64,000 nucleotides of DNA from an uncultured Chloroflexia bacterium (GTDB lineage Bacteria; Chloroflexota; Limnocylindria; Limnocylindrales; CSP1-4): NCBI GenBank assembly GCA_963728635.1, contig CAVSKR010000002.1:365053-429052 (forward strand), written 5' to 3'. Of this stretch, positions 20,836 through 30,020 are shown one piece after another. Below the pieces are notes generated by a model. That model had not been told where the DNA came from. It made no database searches and saw only the letters and a list, made by a program, of their open reading frames with translations. The position numbers and the translations under genes were made by a program. Numbering within the stretch: position 1 is the stretch's first letter; each line of letters starts with the position of its first letter.

Positions 20836-21425
20836 CCGAGATCGTGCTCGTCCGTCACGCGGCGACGGCGTGGTCGGGCAGCCGGTACAGCGGGCGGAGC
20901 GATCCGCCGCTGTCGGAAGCCGGCCGGGAAGACGCGGCGCGGCTCGGTGCGAGGCTCGCCCCGCTCATCGGCCCCGGAACGTCGATCATCGCGAGCCCGT
21001 CGATCCGCGCGCTCGCGACCGCCCGGGCGATCGCCGCGGCAGCCGGCATCGATAGCGTCCAGACCGATGATCGCTGGCTCGAGGCCGACGTCGGCATCGC
21101 CGACGGACGAACGTTCGGCGAGCTCGCGGAGCAGGCTCCCGACCTTGCCGCGGCACTCGCCGGCGGCGCCCTCGAGGTCGACTGGCCCGGTGGTGAGACC
21201 CATCGTGCGCTGGCGGCACGGGTTGCCGACGCCTGGGACGATCTCGTCGGCCGCCGTAGCCCGGCGGTCGTCGTGACGCACGCCGGTCCGTTGATGCACG
21301 CGCTCGCGCTCGCCGAGGGGCGGCCGGCGCGAACCGACGACCTCCTGGGGCCGGCGGCATTCGTTCGCGTGCGACTCCCCGGCGAGGGGCAAACGACGGT
21401 GACCGTGCTACCCTCCCGGGCGTGA
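20832..21425 (+). CDS. cobC: Histidine phosphatase, alpha-ribazole phosphatase-like
   Basis: LVRHAATAWS, YSGRSDPPLS, GET, VVTHAG; GTGA overlap with cobT. Confidence 0.8.
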   Translation: MTEIVLVRHAATAWSGSRYSGRSDPPLSEAGREDAARLGARLAPLIGPGTSIIASPSIRALATARAIAAAAGIDSVQTDDRWLEADVGIADGRTFGELAEQAPDLAAALAGGALEVDWPGGETHRALAARVADAWDDLVGRRSPAVVVTHAGPLMHALALAEGRPARTDDLLGPAAFVRVRLPGEGQTTVTVLPSRA

Positions 21426-21512
21426 CGCCACCCCGAACGAGCGTCGCCGGGACGTCCTGCGATCGTCCGTCATCGGCCGACCCTCCCCCTTCTCGCTGTT
21501 GCCACCGTCGCC

Positions 21513-22124
21513 ATGCTCGTCGCTGGGTGCATCGGTGGCGAAGCGGCTTCGACGATCACCCCGAGCGTCAGCAGCGCACCATCGGTCGCGGCACCCTCGG
21601 CGTCCGCATCGAGCGCGCCGACCACGGCGCCGACCGACGCACCGACCCTGGAGCCGACGCCTTCCGGCAGCCCCGCCGGATCGCCATCCGCGTCGCCGGC
21701 TGCGAATGCGGTCGACGGTTGTACCGGCACTGACGACAACCGCGCGTTCTTCGCCGAGGCCGCGGCCAACCTCGATTGGCCGGTGTACTGCCCCGCTCTC
21801 CCGGCCCGCTGGACGGTGAACACCGGCAGCTACAGCGGGCAGGGCGTCGGCCGGCTCGTCATCTCGTACAAGGGCCCGGGTGGCGCAAGCCTGTCCCTGC
21901 AGCAGGGTGCGTTCTGCAGCGACGCCGACGGCTGCGTCCCGGCCGGGACCGATTCCGGCGATGCGCCATTCGGGGATCAGAGCGGCACGATGGTCGTGGT
22001 CGACGGCGGCGGCTACGCGATCGTCGTGGATCGGGGCGCACAACCCAGCTGGCTCGTCGAGGGCCAGGGCCTCGACGAAGCCACCTTCCGGGCGTTCGTC
22101 GCCGACTTGATCCGCCTCGACTGA
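21513..22124 (+). CDS. Hypothetical lipoprotein (true start uncertain, probably upstream)
   Basis: VAGC lipobox, Ser/Pro/Ala linker, globular domain with paired Cys; in-frame signal-like RHRPTLPLLAVATVA precedes the ATG. Confidence 0.7.
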   Translation: MLVAGCIGGEAASTITPSVSSAPSVAAPSASASSAPTTAPTDAPTLEPTPSGSPAGSPSASPAANAVDGCTGTDDNRAFFAEAAANLDWPVYCPALPARWTVNTGSYSGQGVGRLVISYKGPGGASLSLQQGAFCSDADGCVPAGTDSGDAPFGDQSGTMVVVDGGGYAIVVDRGAQPSWLVEGQGLDEATFRAFVADLIRLD

Positions 22125-23072
22125 TCAGTCGGGACGCTGCTCTGCCGCGACGGCCTCTGCGAGCGCGGCTTCGGCCAGCGCAGCGACCGCATCGACCGTC
22201 GCTCCCATATCTGCGTCCTCGCGCGGCATGACCGCCGTGGCCCCGAAGCCGATGACTGGCGTACCGCTCGTCGCGATCGTTCGGACCGTGGCAACGGCCG
22301 TTCCGAGCGAGATGCCGTAGGCCTCGGGCGTCGCGACTGCCCACCCGCCGGAGGCGTCGAGGGCGTCCATATCGAACGCGATATACCACGCGTCGATCCG
22401 CTGCGCGATGATCGCGCTCCACGACGCGACGGCTGTCTGACCCGCGGCATCTGCCAGCATTCCCGCGCCGAACTGTGCGACCCCGCTCGCGGCAAGCACC
22501 CGCGATTCGGTCTCGTCGAGGACCTGGCCACCGAACAGCCCGGCATCGAGCTCCCGGACGGTCGGTCCCTCCGCCGCCGCGACCAGCTCCGCGTCGCCGC
22601 GACCGCAGGCCATCGCGAATGGCATGCCCCACACATTGCCCGACGGGGTGGTATCGGGCGTGTTGAAGTCGCCATGGGCGTCGAACCAGGCCAGCCCCAG
22701 GCGCATGCCCGGCCGAGCCCTGCGGATGCCCGCCATGGCCCCGGCGTGCGTCGTGCAATCGCCGCCGAGGACGAGGAGGCGCACGTCATCGCCGCCCTGG
22801 ACGAGTCCGGTCTGGACGTGGGTCGCGAGACGGCCGAGGTAAGCCACGATCCGATCGCGGTTCTTCGCCCGCGGATCGTCGTCGGCGACCCAGCCGGGTT
22901 CGTTGGCGGCGTCGCCGTGATCGAGCCACGTCTTCCCCGTCAACGCCGGACTCGCCGCGAGACGTTCGCGCAGGCCGAGCCGCCGAAGCTCGGTCGGGGC
23001 ACGCTCCATCCCGCCGAAATGGCCGCCCAGCGCGGTCGGGGAGCCGGCGACCACGATCGTCGGATCGGTCAC
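22125..23072 (-). CDS. Arginase/ureohydrolase family protein
   Basis: GGDCT, WFDAHGDFNTP, SGNVWGM, FDMDALD; GTG 23072. Confidence 0.88.
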   Translation of the reverse strand: MTDPTIVVAGSPTALGGHFGGMERAPTELRRLGLRERLAASPALTGKTWLDHGDAANEPGWVADDDPRAKNRDRIVAYLGRLATHVQTGLVQGGDDVRLLVLGGDCTTHAGAMAGIRRARPGMRLGLAWFDAHGDFNTPDTTPSGNVWGMPFAMACGRGDAELVAAAEGPTVRELDAGLFGGQVLDETESRVLAASGVAQFGAGMLADAAGQTAVASWSAIIAQRIDAWYIAFDMDALDASGGWAVATPEAYGISLGTAVATVRTIATSGTPVIGFGATAVMPREDADMGATVDAVAALAEAALAEAVAAEQRPD

Positions 23073-23122
23073 ACCTTCAGGATACCCATGCGGCAGCGAT
23101 CGACCTTCGCCATCATGTCGTG

Positions 23123-24247
23123 ATGCGGATCGCGGACTTCGCGCTCGAGCGCTTCTTCGCCCGCTGGGAGTTCGCCGTGGAGCACATGCTTTGCGCGTCC
23201 GACCTGCAGGGGTACCCGATGGCGGAGTTGCTCGGGCTGGCCGACCCCGAGACGCGCGCGTTGTGGGAGCAGCTGGCGCTCGGCTACACCGAATCGACCG
23301 GGCATCCGCTGTTGCGTCGCGAGATCGCCTCGCTGTACGACGGGATCCAACCCGACGACGTGTTGGTCTTCGCTGGTGCGGAGGAAGGGATCTTCTGCCT
23401 CGCGAACGTGGCACTCGGTCCGGGAGACCACGCGATCGTGACCTGGCCGGGGTACCAGAGCCTGTACGAAATCGCACGGGCGACGGGGGCGGATGTCACG
23501 CTCCACGAGCTCCGAGAGGACGCCGCCTGGGCGATCGACATCGATCTCCTCCGCCGCCAGCTGACGCCCGCCACTCGGATGATCGTCATCAACGCCCCAC
23601 ACAACCCGACCGGGATGCTGCCGGATCGCGCGACATTCGACGCGATCGTGGCCATCGCCGAGGAGAGCGGCGCGCACCTACTGGTGGACGAGGTCTACCG
23701 CTTCCTGGAGTTCGACGAGGCTGATCGCCTGCCTGCCGGTGCCGACGCGAGCGCTCGTGGGATCTCGCTCGGTGTCATGTCGAAGTCGTTCGCGATGGCC
23801 GGCCTGCGGATCGGCTGGCTTGCGACGCGCGATCGCGACCTCCTGGCGCGTTGCGCCTCGTTCAAGGACTACACGACGATCTGCTCGGCGGCGCCGTCCG
23901 AGGTGCTGGCGCTCATGGGCCTGCGCGCCCTCGACGCGGTCCTCGCCCGCTCGCGCCGGATCGTGACCGCGAACCTCGAGCGACTAGATGCGTTCTTCGA
24001 CGACTGGGCGGACCGGTTCACGTGGATCCGACCCAGGGCGGGGTCGGTCGGATTTCCGCGGCTGACCGTCCCGGGCGTCTCGATCGACGATTGGGCGGCG
24101 GGCCTGATCGAGGCCAAAGGCGTTCTCATCCTGCCCGGATCGCAATTCGGTTACGGCGGCAATCACTTCCGCCTGGGGTTCGGGCGGACGGATCTTCCGG
24201 TCGCGTTGGACCTGCTCGAGCAACACGCGCGTCGCACGCTTCGCTGA
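23123..24247 (+). CDS. PLP-dependent aminotransferase class I/II
   Basis: INAPHNPTG, VDEVYR, MSKSFAMAGLRIGW. Confidence 0.9.
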   Translation: MRIADFALERFFARWEFAVEHMLCASDLQGYPMAELLGLADPETRALWEQLALGYTESTGHPLLRREIASLYDGIQPDDVLVFAGAEEGIFCLANVALGPGDHAIVTWPGYQSLYEIARATGADVTLHELREDAAWAIDIDLLRRQLTPATRMIVINAPHNPTGMLPDRATFDAIVAIAEESGAHLLVDEVYRFLEFDEADRLPAGADASARGISLGVMSKSFAMAGLRIGWLATRDRDLLARCASFKDYTTICSAAPSEVLALMGLRALDAVLARSRRIVTANLERLDAFFDDWADRFTWIRPRAGSVGFPRLTVPGVSIDDWAAGLIEAKGVLILPGSQFGYGGNHFRLGFGRTDLPVALDLLEQHARRTLR

Positions 24248-24506
24248 ACCCTTTGCTCGACGACCCCTGCGGACCGTCCCACGCCGCCCCGCACGACCCC
24301 ACGACCGGTACCTTCGGACCTACCCGATCTGGGACGTTGCGTGGACGCACCGGTGCACCGCCGCACGGTCCTACCCGAAGGGTCCTACGCCGGGTACCAG
24401 TTTCTCCCTTAGCCGTTCGTCATGGACCACCTAGCGTTCGTCCTCCATCGGGGGATGGGCATCGCGTCTCAAGACGCGGCGCGCTTGGATCGAAAGGACA
24501 GCCGGG

Positions 24507-26206
24507 GTGGTCCGAACGAGGCGACATCAGCGTGCCGATCGACTTGCTGCCGCGTGGCTCGTGGCGCTCCTGTCGATCGCGTTCGCGCCGGTCGTGCCGT
24601 TCGGGTCCCAGGTCGCCGTCGCGGCATCGGCCACGACCGTCGACGTCTCCCCTGAGCTCGGCGCCGGCCCCACGGGGGGCGTCGTCGTCCTCACGGCGAG
24701 GGTCTACGACGAGAACGGTGACCTGCACGCGGGCGCGGGCACGTCGGTCCACGTGCGGTTCTTCTTCTCTTCGAGCAGCCCCAACGATATCGATAGCCCA
24801 GGGAACAGCTCGGATCTCGACTGTTCGACCGGCGACGCCGGCATGTGCACCGTCTCGTACACGGCGGATGTTGTCGGAACCGACTTCATCTGCGCCCTGA
24901 TCGGTGGCCCCACCTCGCAATGTGACGACGAGAACGTCGGCGATCCCGAGCGCAACGATCGAACCGACAAGGTCCAGCACGTCAACCCCGGCACGCCGAG
25001 CCCGACGCCCACGCCGACGCCCACGCCCAGCCCGACACCGACGCCGAGCCCCACGCCCACACCGACGCCCAGCCCGACGCCGACGCCGAGCCCCACACCG
25101 ACGCCCAGCCCCACGCCGAGCCCGACGCCGACGCCCAGCCCCACGCCGAGCCCGACGCCGACGCCCAGCCCCACGCCGACGCCCAGCCCGACGCCGACGC
25201 CGACGCCCAGCCCGACGCCGACGCCGACGCCCAGCCCGACGCCGACGCCGACGCCGACGCCCAGCCCCACGCCCAGCCCGACGCCGACGCCGACGCCCAG
25301 CCCCACGCCCAGCCCGACGCCGACGCCGACGCCCAGCCCCACGCCCAGCCCGACGCCGACGCCGACGCCCAGCCCCACGCCCAGCCCGACGCCGACGCCG
25401 ACGCCCAGCCCCACGCCCAGCCCGACGCCGACGCCGACGCCCAGCCCCACGCCCAGCCCGACGCCGACGCCCAGCCCCACGCCGAGCCCGACGCCGACGC
25501 CGACGCCCAGCCCGACGCCGACGCCCAGCCCGACGCCGACGCCGACGCCTAGCCCGACGCCGACGCCGACGCCGACGCCCAGCCCGACGCCGACGCCGAC
25601 GCCCGCACGCCCAGCCCGACGCCGACGCCGACGCCCAGCCCCACGCCCAGCCCGACGCCGACGCCGACGCCCAGCCCCACGCCCAGCCCGACGCCGACGC
25701 CGACGCCCAGCCCCACGCCCAGCCCGACGCCTTCGCCGGAAGCGTCACCCGAAACGGATCCGACCCCGTCGCCGTCGCCGACGCCGACCGTGGAACCCAC
25801 GCCGTCACCGGCGACGACCGGACCGATCCCGTCGACGACGCCTGACGACCCTGGGGCCGGTCCGGGGGGCTCCGGCGGCGGCACGACAACTGTCGGTTCC
25901 GGGAGTCAGGCCGAACCGGGCCCGGCGCCCACCGACCCACCCGATACCGGCCCGTTCGCAGCCCTGCCCGAGGCGGGCCTGTTCGTCCAGGGGCTCGTCG
26001 ATGGCGTTCGCGAGCGAGTCGCTGCGACCGTCCAACCGCAGGCGATCGTGGCCGTGGCTGAAGCGTTCAGCTTCCCGCTCGTCCTGATGGTCGCGGTCCT
26101 GCTGTTCCTGGTCGGTCAGTGGCGGATGGACGATCCGAAGTTCCGACTGGCCCCGCTGAGCAGGGCGGACACCACCATCGTGTTCGAGGAAAAGGGAGCG
26201 AGCTGA
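24507..26206 (+). CDS. Surface protein: signal peptide, Cys/Asp-rich Ig-like domain, long Pro-Thr-Ser stalk, C-terminal TM anchor (frameshift near 25605)
   Basis: GAAAGGA SD plus GTG; AVA cleavage site; repeat continues in another frame to [30 protein letters not shown]...stop 26206. Confidence 0.8.
24994..25790 (+). repeat. Coding low-complexity tandem array of CCGACG / CCCAGC / CCCACG units (PT/PS)
   Basis: About 0.8 kb of 6-nt-unit repeats encoding (PT)n(PS). Confidence 0.95.
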
Positions 26207-28671
26207 TGCAAGCAGCGGTCCGCCACGATTACACACCGCTCAGCGACCGCATGAACGCTCTCCTGGCGCTCCGGGTCGTGATGGCCGGATTCGTCCTCGT
26301 CTGGGCGTGGGTCCGCCCAGAGGTGAGCGCTGTCCCGCTCGACGCGGTCGCTGCGCTCAGCTTCGCCTACGTGGCCGCCAGCGTCGCCCTCGAGGCGAGT
26401 CGCCGGCGCTCCGGCCGGCGCGGGCTGTCGGTCATCACCGGGCTGCTCCTGGCAGATGGCGTGTACCTGATCGGCGCGATGTATCTGACCGGGGGGATGG
26501 GCAGCCCGATCCGCTTCCTCGTCTATCTCCACCTCGTCGCGGTATCTCTCCTCGCCTCGTATCGGACCGGCCTCAAGCTCGCGTTCTGGGACTCGCTATT
26601 GCTCCTGGTCGTCCTCTATGCCCAGGCGGCGCAGCTGATGCCGGCGGTCGACGTCATGCCCGGCCAGGCGATCGAGTTCGAGCAGATGCCGATCGCCAAC
26701 CTCATCTCGTTCTGGTTGTTCGCGCTCGCGACGTCGGTCTTTTCGGCGATGAACGAGCGCGAGCTGCGCCAGCGCCGCGCGGACCTGCAGGCGCTAGTTG
26801 ACGTCGGCGCTCGTCTCGACGACGTGACCGACCCTGTGCGTCAGTCGAACCTCGTGCTGGGGGGACTCGTCGACCGGTTCGGCTTCCCGCGCGGCGTCGT
26901 GCTCGGGTCGGTCGATGACCGGATGGTCATCCTCGCCGCGAGCGGGGTCGACGCGCCGCCGACGGCCTCGGCCGTCCCGGACGCGATCGTCGCCCGAGCG
27001 CTATCGGGTCGAGAGACCATCGCGATCCGCGCCATGGATCCAGCGCTCGATCCGTTCCTGACCGCCGTGATGCCCGATGCGGTGAACCTTCTCGTCGCCC
27101 CGATGGTGGCCGATGGCCGCGCCGTCGGCGCGATCGTGGTCGAGCATCCGTCGCGCATCCTCCGCCGCGTCGACCGGCGCGTCACGACCGTACTCGAGCA
27201 GATGTGTGCGATGGCCGCGCTCAACCTGCGGAATGCCGTCCTGCTGCGACATGTGCAGGACCTGGCTGAGCGCGATGCGTTGACCGGTGCCGCGAACCGG
27301 CGCACCTTCCAGCTCCAGCTCGAGAACGTGCTCGACGGTCGGGAGCTTCGAGACCGAGAGTCGATCACGACCGTGCTGTTCATCGACCTCGACGACTTCA
27401 AGGTCGTCAACGACACGCTGGGCCATGCGGCCGGCGACGGGCTCCTGCAGGCCGTGACGGAACGGCTCACCGACTCGGTGAGGGACGGCGACCTCGTCGC
27501 GCGCCTCGGTGGCGATGAGTTCGCGATCCTGACGAGTGATGGGCCGGACCTGAAGCGCTCGCTGGCGATGGCCGAGCGGCTCACCCGCGAGCTCCGAGCG
27601 CCGTACATGATCGGCGAGAAGACCATCACGGTCTCGGCCAGCATCGGCATCGCGAGTGGCCGCGACCTGAGCGAGAGCGCCGCCGACGTCGTGCGCAATG
27701 CCGACGTCGCGATGTACATGGCCAAGGCCAACGGCAAGGCCGGCTATGCCGTCTTCGACCCCGGCATGCACGCGGCCATCCGTGAGCGCCACGAGATGGG
27801 TGTCCAGCTCCAGCACGCCGTGGAGCTCGGCCAATTGCGACTTGCGTACCAGCCGATCGTCGACCTCACCGATGACAGCCTGGTGGGCGTCGAGGCGCTC
27901 GTCCGCTGGCAGCACCCGGACCGCGGCGTGGTCTCGCCCGGTGAGTTCATCGAGATCGCGGAGGAGAACGGCGCGATCCTGCCGATCGGCCGGTGGATCC
28001 TGCGGGAAGCCTGCCGCGAGGCGATGTCCTGGTCGAACATGGACCGCTCGGCGTTCCTGTGCGTGAACGTGTCCGCCCGGGAGATCCAGCAGCCGGGCTT
28101 CGTCACAGCGGTCCGCGAGGCGCTCGGTGAGGCAGGCATGGCTGCATCTCGACTGAGCCTCGAGATCACGGAGACGGCCCTCCTTCGAGCCACCCCGAAG
28201 ACGATCTCGACGCTCGAGTCACTGCGCACGCTCGGCGTCCGCATCGTCATCGACGACTTCGGCACCGGCTACTTCTCGCTGAGCCATCTCCGCCAGTTCC
28301 CGGTCGACGTCCTCAAGATCGCCAGCGAGTTCGTACAGGTGCCGGACAGCGACGCCAGGACGGCTGCCCTCGCCGGCGCCATCGTTGCGATGGGTCGTTC
28401 GCTCGAGATCCGGACCGTGGCCGAAGGGATCGAGACCGCCGAACAGGCTGAGCGGATGCGGGCCCTTGGCTGCGCCTACGGGCAGGGCTTCCACTTCGCC
28501 CAGCCGATCCCGGGCAGCGAGGTCGCCGCCGGCGCTTTCGACGCGATGATGGGCGCCGATCGACCGGCGCCCGATGTGGTCGAGGCTCCTCCGGCACCGG
28601 TGTTCCGCGCCCCGTTCGGCGGTTTCAGTCGACGTCGGACTGCCGCCCGCACGGACGTCAGCCCCGCCTGA
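26206..28671 (+). CDS. Membrane-anchored GAF-like/GGDEF/EAL protein
   Basis: Multi-TM N-terminus with TGGMGSP; RDGD-LVARL-GGDEF; VEALVRW, LEITE, DDFGTGYFS, AEGIE, QGF; TGATG overlap with surface-protein gene. Confidence 0.93.
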   Translation: MQAAVRHDYTPLSDRMNALLALRVVMAGFVLVWAWVRPEVSAVPLDAVAALSFAYVAASVALEASRRRSGRRGLSVITGLLLADGVYLIGAMYLTGGMGSPIRFLVYLHLVAVSLLASYRTGLKLAFWDSLLLLVVLYAQAAQLMPAVDVMPGQAIEFEQMPIANLISFWLFALATSVFSAMNERELRQRRADLQALVDVGARLDDVTDPVRQSNLVLGGLVDRFGFPRGVVLGSVDDRMVILAASGVDAPPTASAVPDAIVARALSGRETIAIRAMDPALDPFLTAVMPDAVNLLVAPMVADGRAVGAIVVEHPSRILRRVDRRVTTVLEQMCAMAALNLRNAVLLRHVQDLAERDALTGAANRRTFQLQLENVLDGRELRDRESITTVLFIDLDDFKVVNDTLGHAAGDGLLQAVTERLTDSVRDGDLVARLGGDEFAILTSDGPDLKRSLAMAERLTRELRAPYMIGEKTITVSASIGIASGRDLSESAADVVRNADVAMYMAKANGKAGYAVFDPGMHAAIRERHEMGVQLQHAVELGQLRLAYQPIVDLTDDSLVGVEALVRWQHPDRGVVSPGEFIEIAEENGAILPIGRWILREACREAMSWSNMDRSAFLCVNVSAREIQQPGFVTAVREALGEAGMAASRLSLEITETALLRATPKTISTLESLRTLGVRIVIDDFGTGYFSLSHLRQFPVDVLKIASEFVQVPDSDARTAALAGAIVAMGRSLEIRTVAEGIETAEQAERMRALGCAYGQGFHFAQPIPGSEVAAGAFDAMMGADRPAPDVVEAPPAPVFRAPFGGFSRRRTAARTDVSPA

Positions 28672-28825
28672 CCTGGCCTGGCCAGGACCGCAGGGGCCCG
28701 ACGAGTAGATCGCCCCGCTGCCTCAGTGTCGCTCACAGGCACGATGTCGCCATCAGCGACGTGCCGGGAGCATGCTGTCCGGATCGCGTCGCCTCACCAA
28801 CGCTCCCCGGGTGAAGGCGGGGGAA

Positions 28826-29317
28826 TCACGCGGCGCCAAGCGCCACAACGGGTCGACCGAAGGCGAGACGGCGGGCAGCGTCCAGGAGCGAGCGAGGCGT
28901 CGATCGGCCGTGCCAGCCCAACGCGCGGGCCGGAGTCAGCCGGATGGTCGTTGCATAGGTGGCGGCGAACTCGGCCGGTGTCAGGCCGAGCGCTTCGATC
29001 CGGTCGCGGTACTTGGCGAGGAACGGTTCGGGCAGCGCGGCCTCGTGCTCGACGACCTCGGCCCGTGCCTCGAGGAGCCCGACGTCGAAATCGTCGTCGG
29101 CGTCGCCGAGCGCCAGCATCGCGCGCGGGTCGCGCCGGAGGTTCCGGACCTTGGTCGCTTCCGGCTTCGAGCGGATCACGATCGCCTCGCCGTCCCAGGC
29201 GAACCACGTCGGCACCAGGTGCGGCGCACCGTTACCTCGGATCGACGACAGCCAGACCACCGGTTCCATTTCGAGGAACCGCTGGACGCGCAGGGCGGCG
29301 AGAGTCGGGCTGTCCAT
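28826..29317 (-). CDS. Pyridoxamine 5'-phosphate oxidase-like (probably F420-binding) protein
   Basis: VWLSSIRGNGAPHLVPTWF, KVRNLRRDPR. Confidence 0.8.
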   Translation of the reverse strand: MDSPTLAALRVQRFLEMEPVVWLSSIRGNGAPHLVPTWFAWDGEAIVIRSKPEATKVRNLRRDPRAMLALGDADDDFDVGLLEARAEVVEHEAALPEPFLAKYRDRIEALGLTPAEFAATYATTIRLTPARALGWHGRSTPRSLLDAARRLAFGRPVVALGAA

Positions 29318-29395
29318 GGCCGCAGCATCGGGCGCCACATCGGGACCGGCCGCGGACGCCGGTCGGGGACCGGCATGGACAAGTGTCGCGTCGGG

Positions 29396-29899
29396 TCAGC
29401 GACCCTTGTCGCCGCCGAGCGCGCCGCCGAGCCCGCCGAGCAGGTCGTCCAGGTTGCCGGTGCCGGGCCCGCCGGCCGTTCCGCCCATGAGACCGCCCAG
29501 GAGGCCGCCCAGGTCGCCGAGTCCGCCGCTGCCCAACGCGCTGTCGAGGCCGCCGTCCGGCGTCCGGCCGTTCGGGGTCAGCATGTTGATGAGCTGCGGC
29601 AGGAACGCTGCGAGGAGCGGGAGCAGCGCCTGGATGTCGAGGCCCGTACCGTTCGACAGCCGCTGGACCGTCTCGGGTCCGAGCGCGCTGCCCAGCCGCT
29701 GCGGATCGACCGGCTGGTTCTCACCCGTCGACACCCACGAGTCGACCTCGTCGTTCAGACCGCCCTCGCGGAGCCTGCCGACCAGCCCGTCGAGGCCACC
29801 AGTCTCGTCGATCGCGCCGGCCAGGTCGCCCATGGTGGCGCCGACATCGGCCCCGCCTGCCGGGCCGAGCCCGCGGCTCAGGTTGGAGAGATCATCCAT
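29396..29899 (-). CDS. YidB/DUF937 family protein
   Basis: GGLDGLVGRL, VDSWVSTGENQPV, LPQLINMLTPNG; Gly-rich tail. Confidence 0.85.
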   Translation of the reverse strand: MDDLSNLSRGLGPAGGADVGATMGDLAGAIDETGGLDGLVGRLREGGLNDEVDSWVSTGENQPVDPQRLGSALGPETVQRLSNGTGLDIQALLPLLAAFLPQLINMLTPNGRTPDGGLDSALGSGGLGDLGGLLGGLMGGTAGGPGTGNLDDLLGGLGGALGGDKGR

Positions 29900-30020
29900 G
29901 AGGGCCTCCGTCACGTTCGCGATCGCCAGGGACGATGGTACCGATGCCCCGCGCGGCGACGTCTTGCGAGTGGCGACGCCGACCCTACGCGCGCATGCCG
30001 AATGGACGGCCAAGCTCCAG

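Noticed and set aside
23076-23082. TTCAGGA as a polyamine-regulator site at the arginase gene
   Set aside because: Only a half-site; overlaps a -10-like box and has no inverted partner.
25595-25615. Phase variation of the surface protein by repeat slippage
   Set aside because: Repeat units are multiples of 3 nt, so slippage would keep the frame; the shift is a corrupted unit, more likely a base-calling error.
24994-25790. CRISPR or non-coding repeat array
   Set aside because: No unique spacers; the repeat is an in-frame PT/PS coding tract.
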